A stretch of 64,000 nt of DNA, taken from NCBI GenBank assembly GCA_951828235.1, contig OX639965.1, positions 2,458,129 through 2,522,128 of the forward strand, written 5' to 3'. The stretch is from an uncultured Gammaproteobacteria bacterium (GTDB taxonomy: Bacteria; Pseudomonadota; Gammaproteobacteria; Steroidobacterales; Foliamicaceae). Below are positions 28,384-36,961 of this stretch, piece by piece (positions within the stretch are counted from its first letter, which is position 1; each line of letters begins with the position of its first letter). Below the pieces are notes generated by a model that did not search any database, had not been told where the DNA came from, and saw only the letters and a program-made list of their open reading frames with translations. Both the position numbers and the translations under genes were made by a program.

Positions 28384-29547
28384 ATGACCAAGGGTACAGG
28401 CATCGACCGCAGGCGTCTGCTGCGGGGCGCGGCTTTGACGGGATTGACGGCGGCCGCCGGCGGTATGGCGACGCGCCGGGCGCTCGCCGCGGAGCACGGC
28501 GGGGACGAAGAGGTTTCCGTTCATGCCGACGGCGCATACGACACCGTTGCGCTGGCCAGGGACAACGTGCGCCTGTGCGTCGTGCAGTCTGTGGTCCGGC
28601 CGGTCGACGAGACGAACCCGGGGCCGGGCAAGCGCCGCAACCTGAATCACATGCTGGACCTGATCGATATGGCGCAGGCCTCCGGCCGGCCCAAGGACAT
28701 CCTGTTTTTCCATGAATTCCCGATTACCGGCTTCCGCTTCCACTGGAACCGCGACGACGTGCAGCGGATCGCCATCGAAGTGCCGGGCGAGGAAACCGAG
28801 GAAATTTCGAAGAAGGCGAAGCAATACGGCTGCTTCATCGTCTTCGGCAGCTACGTGAAAGACCAGGACTGGCCTGGACACAACCTGTCCATCACCACGA
28901 TCATCGGCGACCAGGGCGAGGTGCTGGCGCGGCACTGGAAGGCGCGCAACATCAAGGGCGTATTCCAGGCCGGAGCGCGCACCATCGAGCTGATGACCAC
29001 GACGATCTACAACGTCCTCGACGAGTACGTGGAGATGTACGGCCAGGACGAGGTCATTGCCGTTACGCGCACCAAGCTCGGCAATATTTCAACGACCGCG
29101 GTGCAGCGCGAGCCCGAGCTGATTCGCGCCTTCGCGCTGAAGGGCTGCGAACTGATGCTGCGCACCGCCACGGGTGGCTTCAACCACCTGGACGTGAGGT
29201 CCGGCGCGATGCACAACGGCATTTACACGGCCCTGGTCAACAACGCGCATTCACCCGGCACGCGGGGGGTGTTCGGCGATACGGGCGGCGGCGGGTCCGG
29301 CATCTGGGGTCCGGGCGGTGAAACGCTGGCGGAAGCCAGGACCGGCTTCGAGCAGCCTGTCAGTGCGACGATTCCGATGGCCTCCTACCGGGCGCGCAAC
29401 CGGATTCCGGACGTGCACTGGGACCTCTACCGTCCCGTCTATGACCGCTATGTGCCCCAGTACGGACCGAACCTGTTCTCGGAGTACCTGCCGGCCGACC
29501 TGGACGACGCAGGGGTCTATCTGTCCGACAAGTCCCGCTGGAAATAA
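28384..29547 (+). CDS. Tat-signal carbon-nitrogen hydrolase (nitrilase/aliphatic-amidase superfamily) homolog
   Basis: GGGAGGAGG RBS. Leader MTKGTGIDRRRLLRGAALTGLTAAAGGMATRRALA. Amidase-like blocks FFHEFPITG, HWKARN and REPELIRAFALKGCELMLR. Confidence 0.65.
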   Translation: MTKGTGIDRRRLLRGAALTGLTAAAGGMATRRALAAEHGGDEEVSVHADGAYDTVALARDNVRLCVVQSVVRPVDETNPGPGKRRNLNHMLDLIDMAQASGRPKDILFFHEFPITGFRFHWNRDDVQRIAIEVPGEETEEISKKAKQYGCFIVFGSYVKDQDWPGHNLSITTIIGDQGEVLARHWKARNIKGVFQAGARTIELMTTTIYNVLDEYVEMYGQDEVIAVTRTKLGNISTTAVQREPELIRAFALKGCELMLRTATGGFNHLDVRSGAMHNGIYTALVNNAHSPGTRGVFGDTGGGGSGIWGPGGETLAEARTGFEQPVSATIPMASYRARNRIPDVHWDLYRPVYDRYVPQYGPNLFSEYLPADLDDAGVYLSDKSRWK

Positions 29548-29553
29548 GGCCGT

Positions 29554-30180
29554 TCAGCCGAGGTCGAGGTAGTCCCGCAACTGGCTTGCGAGGCTGTCGC
29601 AGGCCTTCTCGCGGGTGCGTGCGATTATGGGAATGGGGATAACCAGGGCCGGTATAACGGACGTGCCGCGCACGGCGGCCTTCATCGCGCCCATGTCACT
29701 GAGTTCGGACATATCCCACACGGACGCGGTGTATTCGGAATTGTTCTGCCACCAGGCCACTCCGAAGCAGCCTGCGCCGCCGGGACCCGCTGCGCAGGAA
29801 AGGCTGCCGCCGCTGCCTTCGCGCAGCGTCTGCCCGCTCAGCCAGACCATGTAGCGCACGCCCTTTCGGCGGATCGCTTCGCCGACCCCCGGCCGCTGCA
29901 TGAACTCGCTCAAATCGGCGCTTTCACGCGGCATCGTGCGCGGCTCCAGCCACGGATAAAGCTCATCGACGAATTCCTGTTCGGCGTAGATATTGGGTCG
30001 TTTCGCCCCGGACCGGATCTTCTTCGAAACGCAGCGAACGAATTCCTCTTCCGTGCGATTCCCCGCCAGGTAGCTGGTCCGGAGCAGGACCAGAGATTCC
30101 GTCTCCTCGTCGGCCGGCGCCACGGTCGGCGCTAACCCGATCGCCAGGCTGAACAAAGCAGCCGGCGCCATCAGTCGCAT
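29554..30180 (-). CDS. hypothetical secreted protein
   Basis: Start MRLMAPAALFSLAIGLAPTVAPA at 30180. The rest of the 485-aa ORF is an Arg-rich artefact. Confidence 0.4.
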   Translation of the reverse strand: MRLMAPAALFSLAIGLAPTVAPADEETESLVLLRTSYLAGNRTEEEFVRCVSKKIRSGAKRPNIYAEQEFVDELYPWLEPRTMPRESADLSEFMQRPGVGEAIRRKGVRYMVWLSGQTLREGSGGSLSCAAGPGGAGCFGVAWWQNNSEYTASVWDMSELSDMGAMKAAVRGTSVIPALVIPIPIIARTREKACDSLASQLRDYLDLG

Positions 30181-30206
30181 CAGGCTCACGGTCTTGTCCT
30201 GCCTGT

Positions 30207-30809
30207 TCACGATCCGCTTTCGACAAGGGCCAGGATAGCAGCGTCCTGGCCAAGTTCCTGCGTCAGCGTCGCTCCCGCGTCGCGCAGCGCGTATTCGGCC
30301 GCCTCGCTCAGGCTCCTCCCAAGCCCCGCGGACCTTTGCGAGCCTTCGCCGTAGCCGGGGATTTTCAGCCGGGTCAGTGGAGCGCCGTCGGCGCTGGTAA
30401 TTCGGATGTCGAATTCCACCCAGGCCGCGGGAATATCCACCTTGGAGCGCCCCGGCACGCCGAACTCGAAGCGCAGGATTTCCGGTTCGATGATCAGGTC
30501 GGGGTTCGATCCGGCGCCGTCCGCCGGCACCAGCGTCAGGCAGGAACTGAGGATGCTGTTGAGCATGCGCATGCTGGGCTGGCCCAGCGCGATGGTCCAG
30601 CGGGTGGTGTCGAGCGCTTCTTCCACGTGCGAGAACCCGCGAAACTCTTCCGCGTATTGCACCTGGGCGGTGAGCGGCAGGCGTTGCGTCATGGGCGCCG
30701 GAAAGTTGGCGCTCAGGTTCACGGTTCCACCGCATCCCGCGATGGCCATGGCGACTGCGCCCAAGGCCATCGCAGGCCGCATTCGAAGCCACGGCAAGCC
30801 TTTTTCCAT
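30207..30809 (-). CDS. hypothetical lipoprotein
   Basis: Lipobox-like sequence AMAIAGCGG after a hydrophobic leader. Start could be 30809 or 30782. Confidence 0.45.
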   Translation of the reverse strand: MEKGLPWLRMRPAMALGAVAMAIAGCGGTVNLSANFPAPMTQRLPLTAQVQYAEEFRGFSHVEEALDTTRWTIALGQPSMRMLNSILSSCLTLVPADGAGSNPDLIIEPEILRFEFGVPGRSKVDIPAAWVEFDIRITSADGAPLTRLKIPGYGEGSQRSAGLGRSLSEAAEYALRDAGATLTQELGQDAAILALVESGS

Positions 30810-30862
30810 CACGGGCTTGAGTATACTCCCGGAACTCTTCAGCCTGCGGTGCCGGAAGCAAC

Positions 30863-31336
30863 ATGAACGTCGAAACCTTTCTCGAAAAAGCCAGGGAGGC
30901 GGGCGTGCCGCCGATGGGCGCCGGGCGCCTGGTGGCACGCCGGCTGGGGTCCACACATGAGATGTGCGACCTGCTGCTTGGCCTGGTGCTCTCGGAGCAG
31001 AAGACCTGCACCTACTCGCTGGTCCAGCTTCTCGAGGAAGAGGGCGGGCTTCTCAAGGCCGGCGACCGTATCGTTTTCCTGGACGCCGACCGGCGCCCGC
31101 GCTGCGTGGTGGAGCTGGATGAATGCGAGCAGCTTCCTTTCAACCGGGTGGAAGCGAGACACACGGCGGGGGAGGGTCCGGCCGCCCGCGACGTGAAAGT
31201 CTGGCGTGAGATTCACGCCGCATACTGGGGCAAGTGGCTCAAGTCCCGCGGCCAGGAATTCCACGAGGAAATTCCCGTCATGTGGCAATCGTTCCGCCTT
31301 CTGTACCCGCGTTCCGAATCTGCTGACGAGGCATGA
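30863..31336 (+). CDS. ASCH domain protein
   Basis: Pattern LLLGLVLSEQKTCTYS...GDRIVFLDADRRPRCVVELDECEQLPFNRVEARHTAGEG...WREIHAAYW. Confidence 0.65.
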   Translation: MNVETFLEKAREAGVPPMGAGRLVARRLGSTHEMCDLLLGLVLSEQKTCTYSLVQLLEEEGGLLKAGDRIVFLDADRRPRCVVELDECEQLPFNRVEARHTAGEGPAARDVKVWREIHAAYWGKWLKSRGQEFHEEIPVMWQSFRLLYPRSESADEA

Positions 31337-32589
31337 ACCCGGACGAAATCCGGTCCGCCGCCGAGGGCTGGCTGGCCCAGCACCCCGCGGCGGCGACTGC
31401 GCTGGTCATTCTGGCCCTGGCGCTGGCGGCGCTGCTGGCCGATTGGCTGGCGCGCCGCGTAATCGCGGCGGCGGTCCGCAGGCGGCTCAAGTCCTCCAGC
31501 GCGGGCCCGTTCGCTACGGCGCTGCTGGAGTCGCGAGTGCTGCTGCGCTTTGCGCAACTGGCGCCGGCACTGGTCCTGTTCTTCGGCGTTCGCGCCGCCG
31601 AACTGCAGCTCGGGCAGTTCTGGACCCGTGTGCTCGGCGTATTCGCGTTTGCCTGGGTGGTGACGGCGCTGATCGCCGGCGGGGTCTCCGTGCTGAAGGC
31701 CGCCGGCCTGTATCTCCAGAACACGCCGGGCAGTCACTCGCGGCTGCCGATCAAGGGCTATGCCCAGGCCGTCTCGCTGGTGCTGTACATTCTTGCCGGC
31801 CTGGTCATCGTGGCTTACGCGGCCGAGGTCTCCGTGTGGCTCCTGCTGAGCAGTCTCGGGGCGCTCACGGCGGTGCTGCTGCTGGTGTTCCGCGACACCC
31901 TGCTCTCTGTTATGGCCAGCATCCAGATTTCCGTCAACGACGTGGTGCGGCTGGGAGACTGGGTGGAAATGCGCTCGCACAACGTGGATGGCGACGTGGT
32001 CGACATCGCGCTGCACACCGTCACCGTGCGCAACTGGGACAAGACCCTGAGCACCATTCCCACGCAGGACTTCATTACCGGATCCTTCAAGAACTGGCGG
32101 GGCATGAGCGAGGGCGGCGCGCGCCGGATCAAGCGGTCGGTGTATATCGACATGGCCACGGTGCGCTTTCTGAACGACGAGGAAATCGAGCGTTTCTCGA
32201 AGTTCAAGCTGCTGGAGAAATATATTCCCGACAGGCACCGCGAACTCAGTGATTACAACACCCGCATAGGCGCCGAGGCATTGGCCGTCAACTTAAGGCG
32301 CCTGACCAATGTGGGCACGTTCAGGGCTTACCTTTACAACTACATAACGAACCATCCCAAGGTGCATCCCGAACGCACCACGCTGGTCCGGCAACTGCAG
32401 TCGGGCCCGGACGGCCTGCCGATCGAGATCTATTGCTTTGCCGCGACCACCGACTGGCAGGCCTACGAGGACCTGCAAGCCGACCTGTTCGACCACATCC
32501 TGGCGGTGGCGCCCGAGTTCGGGCTGAATGTATTTCAGCGCGCTTCGGGACGCGACCTGCGTTTGAGCGGGCGCCCCGTGGTCACGTAG
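31333..32589 (+). CDS. mechanosensitive ion channel (MscS family)
   Basis: N-terminal TM helices, then the MscS beta-domain motif SVNDVVRLGDWVEMRSHNVDGDVVDIALHTVTVRNWDKTLSTIP. Confidence 0.8.
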   Translation: MNPDEIRSAAEGWLAQHPAAATALVILALALAALLADWLARRVIAAAVRRRLKSSSAGPFATALLESRVLLRFAQLAPALVLFFGVRAAELQLGQFWTRVLGVFAFAWVVTALIAGGVSVLKAAGLYLQNTPGSHSRLPIKGYAQAVSLVLYILAGLVIVAYAAEVSVWLLLSSLGALTAVLLLVFRDTLLSVMASIQISVNDVVRLGDWVEMRSHNVDGDVVDIALHTVTVRNWDKTLSTIPTQDFITGSFKNWRGMSEGGARRIKRSVYIDMATVRFLNDEEIERFSKFKLLEKYIPDRHRELSDYNTRIGAEALAVNLRRLTNVGTFRAYLYNYITNHPKVHPERTTLVRQLQSGPDGLPIEIYCFAATTDWQAYEDLQADLFDHILAVAPEFGLNVFQRASGRDLRLSGRPVVT

Positions 32590-32592
32590 GGA

Positions 32593-32613
32593 GGGAAGGC
32601 TTCGCGCCTTCCC
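32593..32613 (+). terminator. hairpin downstream of the MscS-family gene
   Basis: GGGAAGGC-TTCGC-GCCTTCCC. No T-run follows. Confidence 0.35.
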
Positions 32614-32699
32614 CGAGGGCGAGACGCCCTTGTTCCCGGGGGGACGCCCTCCCGCCCGGGCAGGGTTAACATTCGCATATCAGCAATCAGGGGTGGTTC

Positions 32700-33737
32700 A
32701 TGTTCAATTTTTCGATACTCGAAAGCGTCATCAGCCGGCGCGGTCTTATGGGCGGTGCGCTGGGTGGACTTGCCGCGGCGGGCCTAACCGCCTGCGGCGC
32801 GCCGATGGGCGGCCAGGCAGAGTCCGCGGGCGCCGCGGCGCCGGACGCGGGCGGGGGGCTGGATCTCAGCAACCCTGCCGACAACCTCTACGCCTTCGGG
32901 AAGATATGGGGCACCTACGCCGACAAGCCGGTCTACAGCGGTTACCAGGGCGTTCAGTTCGCGCGTATCGGCGTGAACAAGCTGACGCCGCTGTTCGGTT
33001 ACGTGGGCTGCGGGAACATGCAATGCAAGATGGATGAGAACGGACACCTCTGGATTCGGGGAACCGAGGCAGGCTATTTCACCGACCTCGCAAGCGGCGA
33101 GATCATCGACTATTGGGACAACCCGTACAGCGGCGAGCGGGTTGATGCATTTCCCTTCTTCAACTATGGCCTGCGCGGGAGCCTGACCCAGGAAATGCCA
33201 CGCATGTCAATGGGCGGCGCCGCGGACGACAACACGCTTATGAACGCGGCCGACGCCCGCATGAACGAAGAGGGGGTTATCCCGTTTATCCTGCCGTTCC
33301 AGAAGGTTCACGATCAGTACCTGCTCGCCTGGGAATACGCGCACGAGTACACCAACCCGGTTACGCCCGAGGGTTGGCCCAAGGCTTCGACCGGGCCCAA
33401 GATCAATCCTTCGGAACACTTCGTCTTCTATATACCCGCGGCGGAGCTCGAAGATCGAAGCAATCCCTCGGCCCGCTTCCACGCCGGCTTCATGCGCACA
33501 TCGCCCTGGTGGCCGTGGATGCGCATGGGGCAAACGGCGGTGCGCGACGGCGCCCTGTTCGGCCGCATGCACAGCTTCAAGATCTCGGGTGAGCTCGATA
33601 ATATTCCCCGTGTGGTGCTGGAGCGCCTGGAAGGGGACAAACCCGAGTTGCTTGAGCCGCAGACCGGCTGGGAAGCCGGCATCGAACCGCGCGGCACCTG
33701 GGAGCTGTTCTCCGAGGAGGTCCCCCGGGAGGTTTAG
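32700..33737 (+). CDS. hypothetical exported protein (Tat-like motif plus lipobox)
   Basis: Leader SRRGLMGGALGGLAAAGLTACGA. 345 aa with coding-like composition. Confidence 0.5.
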   Translation: MFNFSILESVISRRGLMGGALGGLAAAGLTACGAPMGGQAESAGAAAPDAGGGLDLSNPADNLYAFGKIWGTYADKPVYSGYQGVQFARIGVNKLTPLFGYVGCGNMQCKMDENGHLWIRGTEAGYFTDLASGEIIDYWDNPYSGERVDAFPFFNYGLRGSLTQEMPRMSMGGAADDNTLMNAADARMNEEGVIPFILPFQKVHDQYLLAWEYAHEYTNPVTPEGWPKASTGPKINPSEHFVFYIPAAELEDRSNPSARFHAGFMRTSPWWPWMRMGQTAVRDGALFGRMHSFKISGELDNIPRVVLERLEGDKPELLEPQTGWEAGIEPRGTWELFSEEVPREV

Positions 33738-33746
33738 AGCGCCGGG

Positions 33747-34733
33747 TCAGGCCTTGCCGAATTCGCGAGGGCCGGGCCGGTAGCCCTCCGGATCGGGGTG
33801 TAACAGCAGTTCGCAGCCGGGAAACTCCGCCTTGATGCGGTTCTCCACCTCGTCGAGGATTTCGTGTGCGTCGGCCAGGCTCAAACCGGCGTCCAGCAAT
33901 ACGTGGAACTGCACGATGTAGTTCGAGCCGCCGTGGCGGGTCTTGAGATCGTGAATATCCAGTACCGCAGGATGACTTTCGGCCAGGTAGGCAATCGTTT
34001 CACGGTCCCGATCCGGGATCTCGCGGTCCATGAGGATGTCCAGTGCGTGTTTCGCGATCTTCCAGACGCCGAACAACAGGTATGCAATCACGGCCGCGGC
34101 CACCAGCGGGTCCGCCAGCCAGCCACCGGGCCAGGCCGCCGCTGCAATTGCCGCCGCGACGCCAACGTTGATCGCAAGGTCGGTCTTGTAATGCATGGCG
34201 TCCGCCTCAATTGCGGCGGATCCCGTCTGGCGGCGAACGTAGCGTTGAATTCCGAGCAGCACCAGGGTCATCGCTACCGAAATCCCCATGACCGCAATGC
34301 CGACCGGGGCGTTCTGCACGGCGGCGGGCGCCAGGATACGCTCCACCGACTCCTTGAGCACATACACGGCCGATGCGGCGATAATCAGGGACTGCGCCAG
34401 CGCCGCCAGCCCCTCCGCTTTCCCGTGGCCGAAACGGTGTTCCTTGTCGGCCGGCTTGAGCGATACCGTAACCGCGAAAAACGTGATCAGGGACCCGAGA
34501 ACGTCCAGAGTCGAATCCACCAGCGAACTGAGCAGTGAAACGGAGTCGGTCGCCTGCCATGCCCAGGCCTTGATCCCGACCAGGATTGCGGCGGTGGTCA
34601 CCGAAGCGTACGTGGCCAGCCGCAGCAGCCGGCGGCGTAAACGTCCCGTCACCATCGGGCCGCCGGCGCCCGCAGCGATATGGAACAGGCGCTTCAAGCG
34701 GGTGCGAAGAGGGCGGGGCGCGGATGGGTTCAT
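33747..34733 (-). CDS. cation diffusion facilitator family transporter (FieF-like)
   Basis: Motifs LVDSTLDVLGSL and HRFGHGKAEGLAALAQS. C-terminal cytoplasmic domain. Confidence 0.85.
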   Translation of the reverse strand: MNPSAPRPLRTRLKRLFHIAAGAGGPMVTGRLRRRLLRLATYASVTTAAILVGIKAWAWQATDSVSLLSSLVDSTLDVLGSLITFFAVTVSLKPADKEHRFGHGKAEGLAALAQSLIIAASAVYVLKESVERILAPAAVQNAPVGIAVMGISVAMTLVLLGIQRYVRRQTGSAAIEADAMHYKTDLAINVGVAAAIAAAAWPGGWLADPLVAAAVIAYLLFGVWKIAKHALDILMDREIPDRDRETIAYLAESHPAVLDIHDLKTRHGGSNYIVQFHVLLDAGLSLADAHEILDEVENRIKAEFPGCELLLHPDPEGYRPGPREFGKA

Positions 34734-34805
34734 GGCGGTTGCTTACTGTCGGAACTTGCCGGAATTCTCGTGAGTGTCGGTTGTGTTGGCGGATACTGCA
34801 AAGAG

Positions 34806-34811
34806 TACAAT
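34806..34811 (+). promoter_or_regulatory. possible -10 hexamer for ssrA
   Basis: TACAAT lies 11 nt upstream of the mature 5' end. No convincing -35 hexamer. Confidence 0.3.
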
Positions 34812-34822
34812 AGCCCATCTAC

Positions 34823-35175
34823 GGGGGCGACATGGCTTCGACGTGGGCCGTGAGACCCTTGGTGTGCATGCCGAGGCGCAGGGTACCTCGTAAATCCTCC
34901 TGCAAAACCAATAGTTGCCAACGACGACAACTACGCTCTAGCGGCTTGACCGCTAGCGTCTCTGCCAGGATTGCCTGTGGCTCGGTAGAGGCGTCGCTTG
35001 CACAGGATCGCCCGTAGATCCGATTGGCGCCTGCGGGTTAAGAGTCAGCTGATCACAGCGGTAGTTTATTCCCGCCCGTCGGAGAACTGCCGTTAACGAT
35101 GACGCGGCTAAGCATGTAGAGCGCCTTGGGCAGTAGCGCTTGCGGACGCGGGTTCGATTCCCGCCGCCTCCACCA
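34823..35175 (+). ncRNA. ssrA: tmRNA (transfer-messenger RNA), canonical copy
   Basis: Acceptor stem 5' GGGGGCG pairs with 3' CGCCTCC and includes the G3:U pair. T-arm GCGGG-TTCGATT-CCCGC, with ACCA encoded. Tag ORF 34917-34949 (GCC AAC GAC GAC AAC TAC GCT CTA GCG GCT TGA) encodes ANDDNYALAA. Confidence 0.95.
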
Positions 35176-35337
35176 ACGCCTCTTCCGCGTTCGAATCGGA
35201 ACGCTGCCGGAGGGAACAGCAGAATCCGGAAGGTTTCTTGTCTGTGGAGCCTTAGGTGCTTGTGCTTCGGCAGACCTCATCCGATACTACGCTTGACGTC
35301 TGCAAATCTCATTTGTAGCATCGTGACTGTCTTTGCT

Positions 35338-35380
35338 CCCCGCCCGATACGCCGAGAGGCCTCGGGCGGGGTTATTTTTT
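35338..35380 (+). terminator. Rho-independent terminator
   Basis: CCCCGCCCGA...TCGGGCGGGG stem followed by TTATTTTTT. Confidence 0.7.
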
Positions 35381-35392
35381 GCCACACAACCC

Positions 35393-35478
35393 TTGACGAG
35401 CCCGCCTCCAATCAAACGCGCGGTCGTCTTCGTGGACGGCCAAAACCTCTTCTACGCTGCTCGAAATGCATTTGGGTC
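35393..35478 (+). pseudogene. 5' fragment of a NYN-domain (LabA-like) gene, truncated
   Basis: Frame reads ..IKRAVVFVDGQNLFYAARNAFG, a typical NYN N-terminus. The reading frame ends where repeat A begins. Confidence 0.4.
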
Positions 35479-35576
35479 TAAAGAATGTTTTTCTTTTTGT
35501 TGGGCAAGATAAACATGACCCCGTGAAATCCTGTGGTACCAACGCTTTCCGCTGGAAGTAATAGGGACGCCGCCTC
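35479..35576 (+). repeat. ~98-bp direct repeat, copy A
   Basis: Sequence TAAAGAATGTTTT...GGTACCAACG...GCTGGAAGTAATAGGGACGCCGCCTC. Differs at 11 positions from copy B at 45199-45296. Confidence 0.8.
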
Positions 35577-35680
35577 TCGCCCGGAATTCAGGTTACTGGC
35601 GGAATTGGGGGACAGGGCCCTGCTTGCTGTACGGAGGCGCGTTAAACTAGCGAGCAGGTTCATTAATTTCGGGTCATGGC

Positions 35681-35884
35681 ATGAATCTGACCGTCGTAAT
35701 TCATGAGGCTGCGGAAGGCGGCTACTGGGCGGAAGTCCCGGCAGTTGCGGGCTGCGTAACCCAAGCAGAATCGTTGGAAGAGTTACGCAAGAATATTCAC
35801 GAGGCGATCGAAGGGTGTTTGTCCGTCGAAGTCCAGGACATCCCCCTTTCGGAAACGGACCGGATTATTGAAGTGGTTGTGTGA
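35681..35884 (+). CDS. hicB: HicB-family antitoxin (short form)
   Basis: MNLTVVIHEAAEGGYWAEVPAVAGCVTQAESLEELRKNIHEAIEGCL matches the UPF0150/HicB N-domain pattern. Confidence 0.8.
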   Translation: MNLTVVIHEAAEGGYWAEVPAVAGCVTQAESLEELRKNIHEAIEGCLSVEVQDIPLSETDRIIEVVV

Positions 35885-36087
35885 AAGCCGTCAGCGGAAG
35901 GCGGTTTTGCCGGTTGCTGGAATCTCGGGGTTGGCAATTGAGGCGAATACGCGGCGGTCATTTCATCTATGCAAAAGAGGGCCAAGATGCCCGCATTTCG
36001 GTTCCTGTCCATGGGGCCGCGGCGCTGAAACGCGGCTTACAGGCGCATCTGATGAAAATCGCGGACATTGATGAGAGCGAACTGTAG
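35881..36087 (+). CDS. hicA: HicA-family mRNA interferase toxin
   Basis: Motif LLESRGWQLRRIRGGHFIY...ISVPVHG. GTG start overlaps the hicB stop. Confidence 0.8.
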   Translation: MKAVSGRRFCRLLESRGWQLRRIRGGHFIYAKEGQDARISVPVHGAAALKRGLQAHLMKIADIDESEL

Positions 36088-36165
36088 ATCGTGACCCGCG
36101 GGCAACGCATTTCGATGCAGCGCTGCATTTCGGGCCTGGTTTCGCGCGTGCAAGGCCGTATATGC

Positions 36166-36520
36166 CGGGGCGACATGGCTTCGGCGTGGACCGTGAGACC
36201 CTTGGTGTGCATGCCGAGGCGCAGGGTTCCTCGTAAATCCGCCTGCAAAACCAATAGTTGCCAACGACGACAACTACGCTCTAGCGGCTTGACCGGCTAG
36301 CGTTCCTGCCAGGATGTCCTGTGACCAGGCCGGAGCGTCGCTTGCACAGGATCGCCCGTAGAACCGATCGGCGCCTGCGGGTTAAGAGTTAGCCGATCAC
36401 AGCGGTAGTTCATTCTTGCCGGTCGGAGAACCACTGTCTATCACGACGCGGCTAAGCATGTAGAGCGCCTCGGGCAGTAGCGCTTGCGGACGCGGGTTTG
36501 ATTCCCGCCACCTCCACTCA
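36166..36520 (+). ncRNA. ssrA: second tmRNA-like gene, diverged and possibly defective
   Basis: Aligns end to end with 34823-35175 and has an identical tag ORF. About 36 differences, including C at position 1, a C:A acceptor-stem mismatch, T-loop TTTGATT and ACTCA at the 3' end. Confidence 0.8.
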
Positions 36521-36713
36521 AACACAACATAAAACCTTTATAAAACGGTAGTTTACAAGTTTCCAAACAAATGGTTCCAGTCATAGCGCCACACTGGCGC
36601 GGGAGCGATGCGCTGCTAATTTGGTCTTACTGTTTCTTCTGCGCTACACACGGTGTCGCCAGACCCCGCCAGATCCCAACTTTGGGATCGCCCTGGACAA
36701 ACTCGCACACATG

Positions 36714-36741
36714 TTGACAAGCCCAAGAGCAGGATGATAGT
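36714..36741 (+). promoter_or_regulatory. sigma70-like promoter now separated from its gene by the IS
   Basis: TTGACA, 16-nt spacer, GATAGT. Followed by palindrome TAGCATGCTA (36761-36770) and an AAGGGAGAG RBS that the IS insertion cuts. Confidence 0.4.
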
Positions 36742-36961
36742 TTCAACACGCGTGGTTAGCTAGCATGCTAATCGAAGAACAGAAGGGAGAGTGTCAATGG
36801 CAACCGAAAATGGCACATTTCTGGCAACTGAAAATGGCACACTTTTGAGGCGGGCGATTGGTTGCTGATGTGGCTGTTGTGATCCGGACTGCACCGGCGG
36901 CCTTGCCTGCAGGGAGCGGAGCGACCGAAGGGCAAGGCCGCCGGTGCGGCGAGTCGGTTGA

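Noticed and set aside
35293-35380. TTGACG-17 nt-TAGCAT promoter-like hexamers followed within about 15 nt by a strong terminator, which could mean a tiny sRNA or an attenuator.
   Set aside because: The terminator is explained more simply as the end of the ssrA primary transcript. Hexamer matches alone are weak evidence.
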